Shown: one piece after another, positions 50,455 through 60,070 of the stretch
Position numbering within the stretch: position 1 is the stretch's first letter
Layout: every line of letters begins with the position of its first letter
Assembly: GCA_963808235.1 (NCBI GenBank)
Contig: CAWEEQ010000004.1
Span: 3,424,001-3,488,000, forward strand
Source: an uncultured delta proteobacterium
Lineage (GTDB): Bacteria > Desulfobacterota > Binatia > Binatales > Binataceae
Direction: 5' to 3'
DNA length: 64,000 nt
The notes under the pieces: generated by a model
Told to the model about the DNA's origin: nothing
The model's database searches: none
What the model saw: the letters and a program-made list of their open reading frames with translations, nothing else
Position numbers and translations under genes: made by a program

Positions 50455-50835
50455 ATGCCAACCGATCTCAACTCGATAGCGCCCGTATTTCTGGTCGAAG
50501 ATGTGAGACTCGCGGCGGAATACTACCGGGACAAGCTGGGCTTCGAACTCAGCGATTATTTCGGGGAGCCGCCGGAGTTCACGATCGTCACCCGTGACGG
50601 GCTAAAGATCGCGCTCAGTCGTCTGGCGAAAGGACGCGGCGGTTCCAATCGGGAACGGAAGAGGGGCGCGAGCGACGCGTACATCTGGGTCCGCGACGTC
50701 GAGGCTCTTCATAAGCAGTTCGAAAGCAGCGGCGCCAGGCTGATGGGGCCGCCGGTGACGAGAATCTACGGGCTGAAAGAGTTCGAGGTCCGAGACCTGG
50801 ATGGATATCTCCTCTGCTTCGGGCAGTTTGTCTGA
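50455..50835 (+). CDS. VOC / bleomycin-resistance family protein
   Basis: YYRDKLGF, YGLKEF.VRDLDGY motifs. Confidence 0.87.
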   Translation: MPTDLNSIAPVFLVEDVRLAAEYYRDKLGFELSDYFGEPPEFTIVTRDGLKIALSRLAKGRGGSNRERKRGASDAYIWVRDVEALHKQFESSGARLMGPPVTRIYGLKEFEVRDLDGYLLCFGQFV

Positions 50836-50883
50836 GAAATTCGCGGCGAGCGATCGCAAGCCTTATCAGATTGCGGCGTAATC

Positions 50884-52173
50884 GTGTCTGACCTGTACTC
50901 ACTGTCGGATGAAGCGTTGCTCGATCGAATCCAGCGCGCGGCCTTCGGCTATTTTCTTAGAACATTCAACCCCAGCAACGGACTGATCGCGGATACGACC
51001 AGGGCTGGTTCGCCGTCGAGCATCGCCGCGGTGGGATTCGCGCTGTCGTCCTATCCGGTGGCGGTTGAGCGCGGATGGATGACGCGGGAGGACGCCGCGC
51101 AACGCGCTGTGACGACGATGCGTTTTTTTTGGACGAGCGCGCAGAACGATAGCGCGAATTCGACCGGCTACCAGGGCTTCTACTATCACTTCCTTGATAT
51201 GCGCAGTGGCGAGCGCGTTTGGCAATCGGAGCTGTCGCTGATCGATACGGCGTTGTTGCTCGCCGGAGTACTAATGGCGGGCGCTTACTTTTCCGGAAGC
51301 ACGCAGAGCGAAATCGAGATTCGCGAACTGGCCGATTCGCTGTATCTGCGGGTTGATTGGAAATGGGCGCAGATCAACGAGACCACGCTTTCGCAGGGAT
51401 GGAAGCCGGAATGCGGGTTTCTACATTACGGTTGGGAAGGCTATAACGAGGCGGCAATACTCTATGTATTGGGGCTCGCGTCGCCGACTCATCCACTGCC
51501 GCCAAGTAGCTATTCGTCATGGACTTCGACTTACCAATGGGAAGACCTATACGGCCAGGAGTTTCTCTACGCAGGCCCGCTGTTTATTCATCAATTCTCA
51601 CATGCCTGGATTGACTTCAGGGGCATCCAGGATCAATTCATGCGAGAGAAGGGAATTGACTATTTTGAAAACAGCCGGCGCGCGTCCTACGTTCAGCGCG
51701 AGTATGCATTGCGCAATCCGCACGAATTTGAAGGGTATGAGAGAAATTGCTGGGGTCTTTCTGCCGGCGCCGGCCCTGGCGACCGCGTACTCAGAGTAAA
51801 CAAGAGAGCGCGGCGCTTCTTCGGCTATTCCGCCCGCGGCGTGCCGTACGGACCGGACGACGGAACTATCGCGCCGTCGGCGACGCTCGCGTCGATTCCA
51901 TTTGCGCCGGCGATCGCGATGCCCGCGATACGACATCTGTTCGATCGATATCCGGGAATGGCGCCTGAATATATGTTGCCTAGTGGCTTGAATCCCACCT
52001 TTGACGGCGACGGCGGCTGCTGGACGACTACGGACTATTTCGGGCTCGACCAGGGCATCATAGTAATGATGATCGAGAACTATCGCTCGCAACTCATCTG
52101 GAACCTGATGCGCCAGTGTCCTTACATCAAGATGGGGCTGCATCGCGCAGGGTTCACTGGTGGATGGTTGTGA
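50884..52173 (+). CDS. GH144 (putative glucoamylase family) glycoside hydrolase, endo-beta-1,2-glucanase-like
   Basis: SIAAVGF.L, GFYYHF, ELS.IDTA, W.GYNEA, PLF.HQFSH, GLDQG motifs. Confidence 0.85.
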   Translation: MSDLYSLSDEALLDRIQRAAFGYFLRTFNPSNGLIADTTRAGSPSSIAAVGFALSSYPVAVERGWMTREDAAQRAVTTMRFFWTSAQNDSANSTGYQGFYYHFLDMRSGERVWQSELSLIDTALLLAGVLMAGAYFSGSTQSEIEIRELADSLYLRVDWKWAQINETTLSQGWKPECGFLHYGWEGYNEAAILYVLGLASPTHPLPPSSYSSWTSTYQWEDLYGQEFLYAGPLFIHQFSHAWIDFRGIQDQFMREKGIDYFENSRRASYVQREYALRNPHEFEGYERNCWGLSAGAGPGDRVLRVNKRARRFFGYSARGVPYGPDDGTIAPSATLASIPFAPAIAMPAIRHLFDRYPGMAPEYMLPSGLNPTFDGDGGCWTTTDYFGLDQGIIVMMIENYRSQLIWNLMRQCPYIKMGLHRAGFTGGWL

Positions 52174-52203
52174 AGCGCGCTTCGCGTTTGGCCAGGGCGA
52201 TCA

Positions 52204-53730
52204 ATGGATCAAAATAATTTCACGCGGCTGATGTTGCCTGACGAATCTTACAACGATGCGTTGATCGAAAACGCGCATCCGCCTGGCTGGAGAAATCCCA
52301 CGCCTCGCGACAAATACAACCTGGTGATCGTTGGAGCTGGTCCGGCCGGAATGCTCACGGCTCGGGTGGCGGCAACGACGGGCGCCAGAGTTGCACTTAT
52401 CGAACGCGATCTGCTGGGCGGCGCATGTATCAACGTCGGATGCATCCCTTCGAAAGCTATTATTCGAACTTCACGTTTGTACGCCGAGATGCGCAACGCT
52501 GAAAATTTTGGCGCGCAGGTACCCAGCGATATCAAGGTCGATTTTCCGGCTACGATGGAACGGCTGCGGCGTATCCGCGCGCGTCTGAGCCGCTTTCGCG
52601 GTTCGGCTGAGCGACTCACTTCGTTCGGCGTGGATGTGTATTTCGGTGAGGCGCGGTTTGCCGGGGCCAACGCGATCGAGGTGGACAACAAACTGCTCCG
52701 CTTCAAGAGAGCACTTATCGCTACCGGCGCGCGGCCGAAATTACCGCCGATTCCCGGACTGGCAGAGGCCGGCTATTTGACGAACGAAAATGTTTTTGAC
52801 TTGGTCGAGTGTCCGCGCCGACTGCTGGTGATCGGCGGCGGTCCCTTGGGGTGCGAATTGGCGCAAGCGTTCTCTAGGCAGGGAGCGCAAGTGACTATCG
52901 TGCAGGACGAACCGATGTTCCTGACCAACGAGGAGCGCGATGCGGCGCAAATACTTTCCGACGCGCTGGCACGCGATGGTATCGCGGTTCATCTCAACAC
53001 GCAGGTGGTGCAAGTGCGCATGCAGGGTAAGGAGAAGATCGCCGACCTACGTACAGATGCCGACTCGAGCACGGTGACTGCCGATGAAATCCTGGTCGGG
53101 ATCGGCAGCGTGCCGAACGTGGAAGGCATGAACCTCGAAGCGGCCGGCGTCGACTACAGCAGTGACGATGGAATTCCAATCAACGATTTCCTGCAGACCA
53201 GCAACCCGCGAATCTACGCTGCCGGCGACGTCTGCTCGGAGCACAAATTCCCGCATATCGAGACTCCGGCGGCGCGCATCGTGGTTCAGAACGCACTATT
53301 TTTCGGACGCAAGCGACTGAGCGCATTGGCGATCCCGTGGTGCACCTATACCGATCCGGAAATTGCGCATATCGGCTTGTATGTGAGAGAGGCTCGCGAG
53401 AAGAACATTCCGGTGAAAACGTTCACCGTGATGATGCATGAGGTGGACCGCGCGATCCTGGACGGAGAAGAAGAAGGTTTCGTGAAGATCCACGTCAGAG
53501 AAGGCACCGACAAAATTCTGGGCGCCACGGTGGTCGCCAGTCACGCCGGTGAGATGATCAGCGAACTATCAACTGCGATGACCTCAGGAATCGGTCTCGG
53601 CGCGTTGGCGGAGATCAATCATCCTTATCCAACCCAGGGGCAGGCAATAAAGATGGCTGCCGACGCTTACAACGACACGCGCATGACGCCGGCGAAAAGA
53701 TGGATGCTGAAACAGTGGCTGTCGCTATAA
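52204..53730 (+). CDS. Pyridine nucleotide-disulfide oxidoreductase (MerA/LpdA-like, no C-terminal CC)
   Basis: GAGPAG, GGACINVGCIPSK, GGGPLG, HPYPT motifs. Confidence 0.88.
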   Translation: MDQNNFTRLMLPDESYNDALIENAHPPGWRNPTPRDKYNLVIVGAGPAGMLTARVAATTGARVALIERDLLGGACINVGCIPSKAIIRTSRLYAEMRNAENFGAQVPSDIKVDFPATMERLRRIRARLSRFRGSAERLTSFGVDVYFGEARFAGANAIEVDNKLLRFKRALIATGARPKLPPIPGLAEAGYLTNENVFDLVECPRRLLVIGGGPLGCELAQAFSRQGAQVTIVQDEPMFLTNEERDAAQILSDALARDGIAVHLNTQVVQVRMQGKEKIADLRTDADSSTVTADEILVGIGSVPNVEGMNLEAAGVDYSSDDGIPINDFLQTSNPRIYAAGDVCSEHKFPHIETPAARIVVQNALFFGRKRLSALAIPWCTYTDPEIAHIGLYVREAREKNIPVKTFTVMMHEVDRAILDGEEEGFVKIHVREGTDKILGATVVASHAGEMISELSTAMTSGIGLGALAEINHPYPTQGQAIKMAADAYNDTRMTPAKRWMLKQWLSL

Positions 53731-53740
53731 GTGTGAACGA

Positions 53741-54509
53741 TCAACTACTGCTCTTACGCGCGACGATGATCATGCGGCGAGTATCGATCGAGTAAGGCTC
53801 GCTATCGAATCCGCCGAACACCGCGCTTACGATAAGGCCGACGCGTGCAAGCAGCCGAGTCATCTCGGTGAGAGTGTAGAGGCGGATGATGTGGCCGATC
53901 GATTCGCGCCGTTTTCCGTTCGGATCGATCACGATAAAATGGACGTGCATGCGACTGGTCGCGAGGTCAAGGTCGCGGCGCTCGACGTACAAGGTGTTAT
54001 CGGCTCCGGTATGCCAGTCGTTCTGGATATAGTTGGCGACCGCCCACTCGCGGTTGAGCATATCGAGCATCAATCGTCCGCGCGGAGTTTAACGCCCTGG
54101 CTGCCGATTCGAGAACTTTCAAATCCTTCGCTTCGGATTCCAGGTAGCCGAACGAGGAATACATGTTCACGATCGCGTCGAAGGTGTTTACGAAAGGGAT
54201 TTCACGCATATCGGCGGTCACAGTCTCGAGCGGGACCTTGCTCGCTTCCGCGGCGCGCCGCGCGAGTTCGATATATTCGGGATTAAGATCGAGCGCGGTT
54301 ACCCGGAGTCCGCGCTTCGCCAACTCGACGGCATGACGTCCCTGTCCGCAGCAAAGGTCGAGTACCGACGCATCCTGTTTCAGGTCGAGGACACTCGCGG
54401 CGAACCCGGCCTCCTTCTGAGCCCGCTCGGCGGTGAACGTGTGCGCGTAGACCTCCAAGTAGTCATTGCGGAAGAAGTCCACGTACCATGCCGGTCCATC
54501 CGTTGTCAT
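53741..54509 (-). CDS. Class I SAM methyltransferase (frameshift near 54080)
   Basis: VLDLCCGQGRH, DMRE, SSFGY; C-terminal RLYT.TE in another frame. Confidence 0.85.
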
Positions 54510-54626
54510 TGCGCTCCCTCGATGAGTCGATGAAGATCGCACAAGCGGCTCGCAAGATCGAGTCTCGATTCTTTCGCTGGTTAAGAGAGTGATAGAGTGG
54601 CTCGGACGCGAAACGGAGAGTTCAGC

Positions 54627-55277
54627 TTGGACAAGATAGCAGTACTGGCGAGCGGCGGGCTCGACAGCTCGGTGCTGGTCGCGGTGCTCGCGAAGAGCGC
54701 GGAGGTCTATCCGGTCTACGTGCGATGCGGTCTCAAGTGGGAAGCATTGGAGCTCGCCGGGCTTGAGTCTTTCCTTGCCGCGCTCGAGAACCCGAACGTG
54801 ATGCCGCTGACGGTGCTCTCGATTCCAACCGCGGCCATTTACGGCGACCATTGGAGCGTTACCGGTGCGCGCGTGCCTGATGCTGATGCGCCGGACGAGG
54901 AGGTGTTCATCCCAGGGCGGAACATTCTGCTGCTTGGCCTTACCGCCGTATGGTGCAGCACTCGCGGTATTTCGCGGATAGTGATCGGATCGCTCGGTGG
55001 AAATCCCTTTCCCGATGCGACGGCGGACTTTTTCGAGAGTTACTCGCGCACACTTAGTGTCGGACTTGGGCGCGAGGTTAAAGTCGAAGCGCCGTTCAGA
55101 GGGTTTCATAAAGAAGACATCATAAGACAGTACAAAGACCTGCCGCTTGAACTGACTTTGACCTGCATGGCGCCGAGCGAAGGCAGAGTGCATTGCGGAC
55201 AATGCAATAAGTGCCGCGAGCGGCAACTAGCATTTCGGAAGGCGAGCGCCACAGATCATACCAAGTATGCTCGCTAG
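54627..55277 (+). CDS. queC: QueC-like 7-cyano-7-deazaguanine synthase family protein
   Basis: SGGLDS PP-loop, PGRN, FPDA, C-x9-CGQCNKC zinc site; TTG start after GGAGAG. Confidence 0.8.
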   Translation: MDKIAVLASGGLDSSVLVAVLAKSAEVYPVYVRCGLKWEALELAGLESFLAALENPNVMPLTVLSIPTAAIYGDHWSVTGARVPDADAPDEEVFIPGRNILLLGLTAVWCSTRGISRIVIGSLGGNPFPDATADFFESYSRTLSVGLGREVKVEAPFRGFHKEDIIRQYKDLPLELTLTCMAPSEGRVHCGQCNKCRERQLAFRKASATDHTKYAR

Positions 55278-55286
55278 AAGCAGGTT

Positions 55287-56273
55287 ATGAGATACGCTAC
55301 CAAACTCCTGGGTATCGCCTTGCTGCTGGTTCACGTAAGCCTGCTTGTTGGCTGTAATACCCATCCTGGTAGCGCGCCACCTTCCCAGGGATTCAGAGTC
55401 GCGCTGCTCACACCTGGATCGATCAGCGACGCGGGATGGAATGCGGCTGCCTTCAATGGATTGCAGCTCATCAAGAGTAAGCTCGGCGCAGAAACCGCCC
55501 TGGTGCAGACCAAATCGCCCGCTGACTTCGAAGATGCTTTCCGTGACTTTGCGTCGCGCGGATTCGACATCGTCTTCGCGCACGGGTTTGAGTACACGGA
55601 CGCAGCACTCGAAGTAGCCAAACAGTTTCCCAACACCTACTTCGTAGTAAGTAGTGGCAGTGCGTCGTCTCATAACGTGGCATCAATCACCTTCAACGTT
55701 GACCAGGCTACCTATGTCGAAGGTGTTCTTGCCGGCGGTGTTTCGAAAACAGGAGTGGTAGGTGCCATAGGTGGGATTGAACTACCCTCGATTAGACTGA
55801 CCTTTGAAGGATTCAAGCGCGGCTTTCTTTCGGTGCAACCTAAAGGCCGAGTGCTGACCAGCTATACTGGCAATTTCGACGATGTAGGTGCGGCCAAGGA
55901 GGCAGCCTTGTCGCAGATCAGCCAGGGCGCCGACGTGCTTATCCACGACGCGGACGCGGCGGGTCTCGGCGTTTTCGTAGCAGCCTCGCAGGCGCATGTT
56001 TTCGCGTTTGGAACGTTTAACGATCAAAACAACATTGCGCCCGACGTCGTGCTGGCGAGTGCGGTGACCTCGACGCCGCTGGCCTTCCTGAAGATCGCAA
56101 CCGAGGTGAAGAACAAGCAGTTTCATCCGGGGATGCTAGAGTTCGGAATGCAGGACGGGATGGTGAACGTGGTGTTCAATCCCAAGCTCGAGTCGCGGAT
56201 TCCGCCGGCTGCGCTGGAACGCGCGCGCCAGGCGGAGCACGACCTCGCGACCGGCGCCCCGACTACGAAGTAG
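55287..56273 (+). CDS. BMP family (PnrA/TmpC-like) nucleoside-binding lipoprotein
   Basis: Lipobox LVGC, D.GWN, AHGFEY, GADV, GLGVF motifs. Confidence 0.88.
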   Translation: MRYATKLLGIALLLVHVSLLVGCNTHPGSAPPSQGFRVALLTPGSISDAGWNAAAFNGLQLIKSKLGAETALVQTKSPADFEDAFRDFASRGFDIVFAHGFEYTDAALEVAKQFPNTYFVVSSGSASSHNVASITFNVDQATYVEGVLAGGVSKTGVVGAIGGIELPSIRLTFEGFKRGFLSVQPKGRVLTSYTGNFDDVGAAKEAALSQISQGADVLIHDADAAGLGVFVAASQAHVFAFGTFNDQNNIAPDVVLASAVTSTPLAFLKIATEVKNKQFHPGMLEFGMQDGMVNVVFNPKLESRIPPAALERARQAEHDLATGAPTTK

Positions 56274-56710
56274 CACCCCCTAGCGCGATGCGTAATGGCG
56301 GACGTCGTCCTGCCAGCGAGCGCCGATTACCAGGATCATCACCTATTGATCGAGATTCGCGTCGTGGCTGAGGCTCCGAACCGAGCCGCCGCCTTCCAGG
56401 GCGAGTACTTTGTACGCGGCCTGGGCCTCGCGTGCAAATTCGTTCGAAGCGCTCGTGCCCCTCTTCGAGTACATCGACAGCTTCGCCACAGGGCCGCCGC
56501 GAACGACGCCTCGGAGACTCGCCACCTGGATGCGTTGCTGATCGAATAGAGGCGATGAATTGTATCGCGGTAATTTTCGAGAAAATTTTCCAGCAACGTC
56601 GCCGCCATGTGCTCGTCTCAAGCGCCATTCCACGAATCGAGCGCACGCTTATCCTGACCCTGCGCCGGGCGGCTCTTCAAGTAGCGGGCCGGGGCGAAGC
56701 GTGCTGAAAG

Positions 56711-56798
56711 AACGCGCGCCGAGGCGATGTTCACCCCGGCGCGCGTTCCAGTTACTCACGACGCGATGCGCGACTGCGGAACCCGAGTCGCGCATTTT
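56711..56798. terminator. Twin hairpins between convergent transcription units
   Basis: AACGCGCGCCG/CGGCGCGCGTT and ATGCGCGACT/AGTCGCGCAT followed by TTT. Confidence 0.5.
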
Positions 56799-56805
56799 GG
56801 GGATC

Positions 56806-57594
56806 TCAATGCGGCGCCGTGCCTACTCCGGTGCAAAGACTACCGCCGGGATCAGCCGAAGCGTCGATGTAGATGGTGGAGCGCTCGTAGAAGGCGTCGG
56901 TCGGAGTGGTCGGGGTCAGCGGATTGGGCTGACTCGCGAGCCTGATCTCCACGGTATGGCTGGTGGCGGCGGAATCTGGCGTAATCCGCAGGCAGCATGA
57001 GAACATCACGGTGTTGTCGTGGCAGTCAGCAGAGCCTCCGCCACCGTCGTTGCAATTGTTGGCGGGCCCGGTGGTATCGATGGCGGGATTGGTCGGCAGC
57101 TTGTTCAGCGTCATCCATCCCGGAGGACCGGCGGTGCCGCCGCCGCCTTCCGAAGTCTGCCCGGCCATCGGCTGGCATACGGTGGTGACGGCCGAGGAAT
57201 CGGTGACGTTGGCGCTCAACGAAAGCGCAGCTCCGCCGTGGGTATCACCCTGAGCCGAGAACGTGATGTACACGACGTCAAAGGGAATCGAGAGTGTTTT
57301 CGAGTAGGCCGAAATTCCGCCAGTGCCGCCGGCGATGGGAGGCAGGGTCGTAACGACCTCGTTCGCACCGGTGGAGCTGTTCTGGAACTCCGCCGAGAGC
57401 CGGTGCAAGGAGCTCGCTATCAGGGCCTCGTCAGCTTCAACGCGATCCTCGAGGGCCGGCAGTCCTCCGGCCTGTGATTCTCCGCCGCCGCCGCTACCGC
57501 TGGCGGGTTTCTTGGCGCGCGCGACGAACGGGTAAGAAACGATCATGGCCAATCCGAGGACACCAACTATAGTAAGGGTCTTCGCATTCCTCAT
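56806..57594 (-). CDS. Secreted Cys-containing protein of unknown function
   Basis: GGAGGT RBS; signal peptide MRNAKTLTIVGVLGLAMIVSYPFVARA; six Cys in the mature part. Confidence 0.75.
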   Translation of the reverse strand: MRNAKTLTIVGVLGLAMIVSYPFVARAKKPASGSGGGGESQAGGLPALEDRVEADEALIASSLHRLSAEFQNSSTGANEVVTTLPPIAGGTGGISAYSKTLSIPFDVVYITFSAQGDTHGGAALSLSANVTDSSAVTTVCQPMAGQTSEGGGGTAGPPGWMTLNKLPTNPAIDTTGPANNCNDGGGGSADCHDNTVMFSCCLRITPDSAATSHTVEIRLASQPNPLTPTTPTDAFYERSTIYIDASADPGGSLCTGVGTAPH

Positions 57595-58088
57595 GAGATT
57601 GAATACCTCCGCAAGTCGAACTGTAATTCGAGGGCGGTAAACCCTCGGCGCACGTTTAGAGGAACAACACGCAGAGACCTGGCGCCCGCGGTCTCCACCG
57701 AAGCTTTGTTTGCGCGGGCTATGGGAGCGTTCGCGGCGGCGCTCGCGCATCAGCCCGGAAGTGGCTAGCGATGGACGGAACCGGCATTTGCACTTGCCCC
57801 CGGTTGGGGCCCGACCCACAAGAACAAAGCGATAGGTCTGTCCTACAAATTGGCTATCTCATCGGTCCCTCTGCTAAGTCAAGCAAAGGTGCGATCGGGC
57901 GGGTTAAATTTCGATGATCGAAGAGAGTTCGCGCTTCTTGATGGGTTTAAGTATGAACATGCGCACTTGCGAGTTGTTGGCGAAGTTCTAACAAGGCCGC
58001 ATGCACTGCGGTCGCCATCTTTATGGCGCCGTGCTCGTCGCTCAGAAATTTGTCGGATTGGAGCCGCCAGCCTTCGCGTTCTTCGGCT

Positions 58089-58883
58089 TCAGATGTCGTA
58101 TTCGTTAAGCAGCGCTCTACGCAGGTTCGCGTAGTGAATCATCCCGGCGAGGTACCGCAATTTTATAAGCGCGGGAATACGCGCATCGAGATCGAGGCCG
58201 TAACGACTTTGAACGTACCTGCTCACTCTCGCGAACATCGGCTCGGGGAGTTCCGCGCGCTCAGACGGTCTGCTTTCGATCTCGAACATCTTTCGCGCCA
58301 CGTCACAGGGAAAGGCGCCCAAACTGACCAGACAGTCTGCGGCCAACTCAGCCGGATCGTCGAGATGCTCTGCATAAGCAGTGTAGGTCAGGTAATGGGA
58401 GTGGTCTTCCTGCGAAGCAAAAAGCTCGGCGGTCAGGTGATGACCCATCTCATGGGAGAACGCGACTCCGACCGCGGTCGGATGATGTGCGGTGTTCACG
58501 TAAATCAGCGGACGCCTGGAAGGGCCCAACTTCCCGGCGTAGAAGCCCATCAGCGAAAGTCCTTGCGTCCCGCCAAAGTTCGCGAGCTTGAAATCGACTC
58601 CCAGGCTCGACCATCGCCTGGTGAATTCGCGCGGCGCCACCAAGCGCAGCGGTTCGCGGTTAAGATGCGGCCAAACCACACGCCGCGCCTCGGCGACGAT
58701 CTCCACGACTTCGCTACGGCCGAGAGCTCTACGCAGCGCCAGTCCGTAATCATGGTGCGCTAACGACTCGATCTCCCGGACGTAGTTCCGGGATGCGTGC
58801 GATCGCCGGTCCGCACGCCCGCCTACATCGAGAATCTCAGTGGCCAGCCCCTTGAGAAATGAGACGCGTTTCTTCGTCGCCGT
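58089..58883 (-). CDS. ImmA/IrrE-like (M78) HExxH metallopeptidase
   Basis: IYVNTAH...AFSHEMGHH and ELAADCLVSLGAFP; frame stays open upstream to ACG at 58883, right after GAGGGGG. Confidence 0.75.
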   Translation of the reverse strand, partial: TATKKRVSFLKGLATEILDVGGRADRRSHASRNYVREIESLAHHDYGLALRRALGRSEVVEIVAEARRVVWPHLNREPLRLVAPREFTRRWSSLGVDFKLANFGGTQGLSLMGFYAGKLGPSRRPLIYVNTAHHPTAVGVAFSHEMGHHLTAELFASQEDHSHYLTYTAYAEHLDDPAELAADCLVSLGAFPCDVARKMFEIESRPSERAELPEPMFARVSRYVQSRYGLDLDARIPALIKLRYLAGMIHYANLRRALLNEYDI

Positions 58884-59106
58884 GCCCCCTCAAATCGCCA
58901 AAAATTAACTCGTAGTTTAGTAGAACGCGCAGATTGTAGCAAGTTCTCGCATCTAAGCCAAATCGCACCGTTATGCCCTCCATATCGCGATGAGCTAGGT
59001 CTACGGACATCGGCTCGATGACTTTCTGTTAGCAAAGTCGCGGGAACAAATAGTCCGCGCAATGACCATCGAATGAGCGTGCGACCATCTTCCATTCGGG
59101 TTGGCG

Positions 59107-59934
59107 ATGTTGATCGGAACGTCGCGCCGCGGCGAGTGCGTGGACCTCCGGCCGGCGTTGCGGCAGTTCCGCGTCGATCCCCAACAACATCGTTTCGTAT
59201 TCACCTCGAAAAGGGAGTTTTCGAAAATGGAAATGCGTCAATTGAATACCGCGCGTGAGCGAGAAATTTTCGCCCAGCGCCTGGACGAGGCTCGAACCAA
59301 AAACGGCGCCAGCTTCAGGGACGTGCAGCGCACCCGGACCCATAACCGTCTGCGACTCCAGTCATCAAATGTCTACGCGCTGTTCGAGGTACAATCCGCG
59401 CCGGCGGCGCGCATGGTGGCCGGAGCTGCGCTCCACGACCTCGAGCAGTTTCCGCAGAGCTGTCATCAGCCGGATCTTTCTCATCTGCCGCCTGGATCGG
59501 TGCTCGAGTGCGGCGATCACTGGTCGCTATCGCGTGGCGCCGGGATGCATTCGTGGCGCGGTATCGCGGTTCAGTTGCTTCATCGAGAACCCAGCGCGGT
59601 GCTGGTGTACCTGGCCGCGGGACCATCCAATCATTGCGGATTTTATTCAGCAATGGGCTTCGTGAAAGCGGGGGAGATTGTCGAGCATCCGTACCTGGAA
59701 GGCCCCGACGACGGAAAGCTATGGGTGCAGCCGATGCTCCTGGCCGGTGAGGTGCTGGCACGGATGATCGCGTCGGTGCGGACGCAATCGGTCGACGTTT
59801 TGGACAATTACCGGATCATTCGGTTCGACAATTCGGACCGGCTGCGGCCGTTTTCGCGTTGCGAAACGAATCCGGCGATCGAAGCCGGAGGTCACGGCGC
59901 AGCGCCGGAATCGAACGCCCAACTCAGCGCTTGA
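59107..59934 (+). CDS. GNAT-fold protein resembling FeeM N-acyl amino acid synthase / LuxI-type acyl-amide synthase
   Basis: LPPGSVLECGDHWSLSRGAG and NHCGFYSAMGFVKAGEIVEHP (GNAT motif A/B-like). Confidence 0.6.
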   Translation: MLIGTSRRGECVDLRPALRQFRVDPQQHRFVFTSKREFSKMEMRQLNTAREREIFAQRLDEARTKNGASFRDVQRTRTHNRLRLQSSNVYALFEVQSAPAARMVAGAALHDLEQFPQSCHQPDLSHLPPGSVLECGDHWSLSRGAGMHSWRGIAVQLLHREPSAVLVYLAAGPSNHCGFYSAMGFVKAGEIVEHPYLEGPDDGKLWVQPMLLAGEVLARMIASVRTQSVDVLDNYRIIRFDNSDRLRPFSRCETNPAIEAGGHGAAPESNAQLSA

Positions 59935-60070
59935 GAAATCACCGATGCGCCTTGGATGAGTCCCGAATTGCCGACGCGAAGGCTTTCGCGTCTCTTTCGA
60001 CGCAGCCCGCGAAACACTTGATCGTCAATCCCGACGACGATCGAGCCAACCACCCAAACGAGGAAGAATC

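Noticed and set aside
52204-53730. merA mercury resistance
   Set aside because: No NmerA domain, no C-terminal Cys-Cys and no merR/T/P genes.
54627-55277. QueC-based defence system (Qat/Dpd/CBASS type IV)
   Set aside because: No TatD, ATPase, TGT or cyclase partner genes are adjacent.
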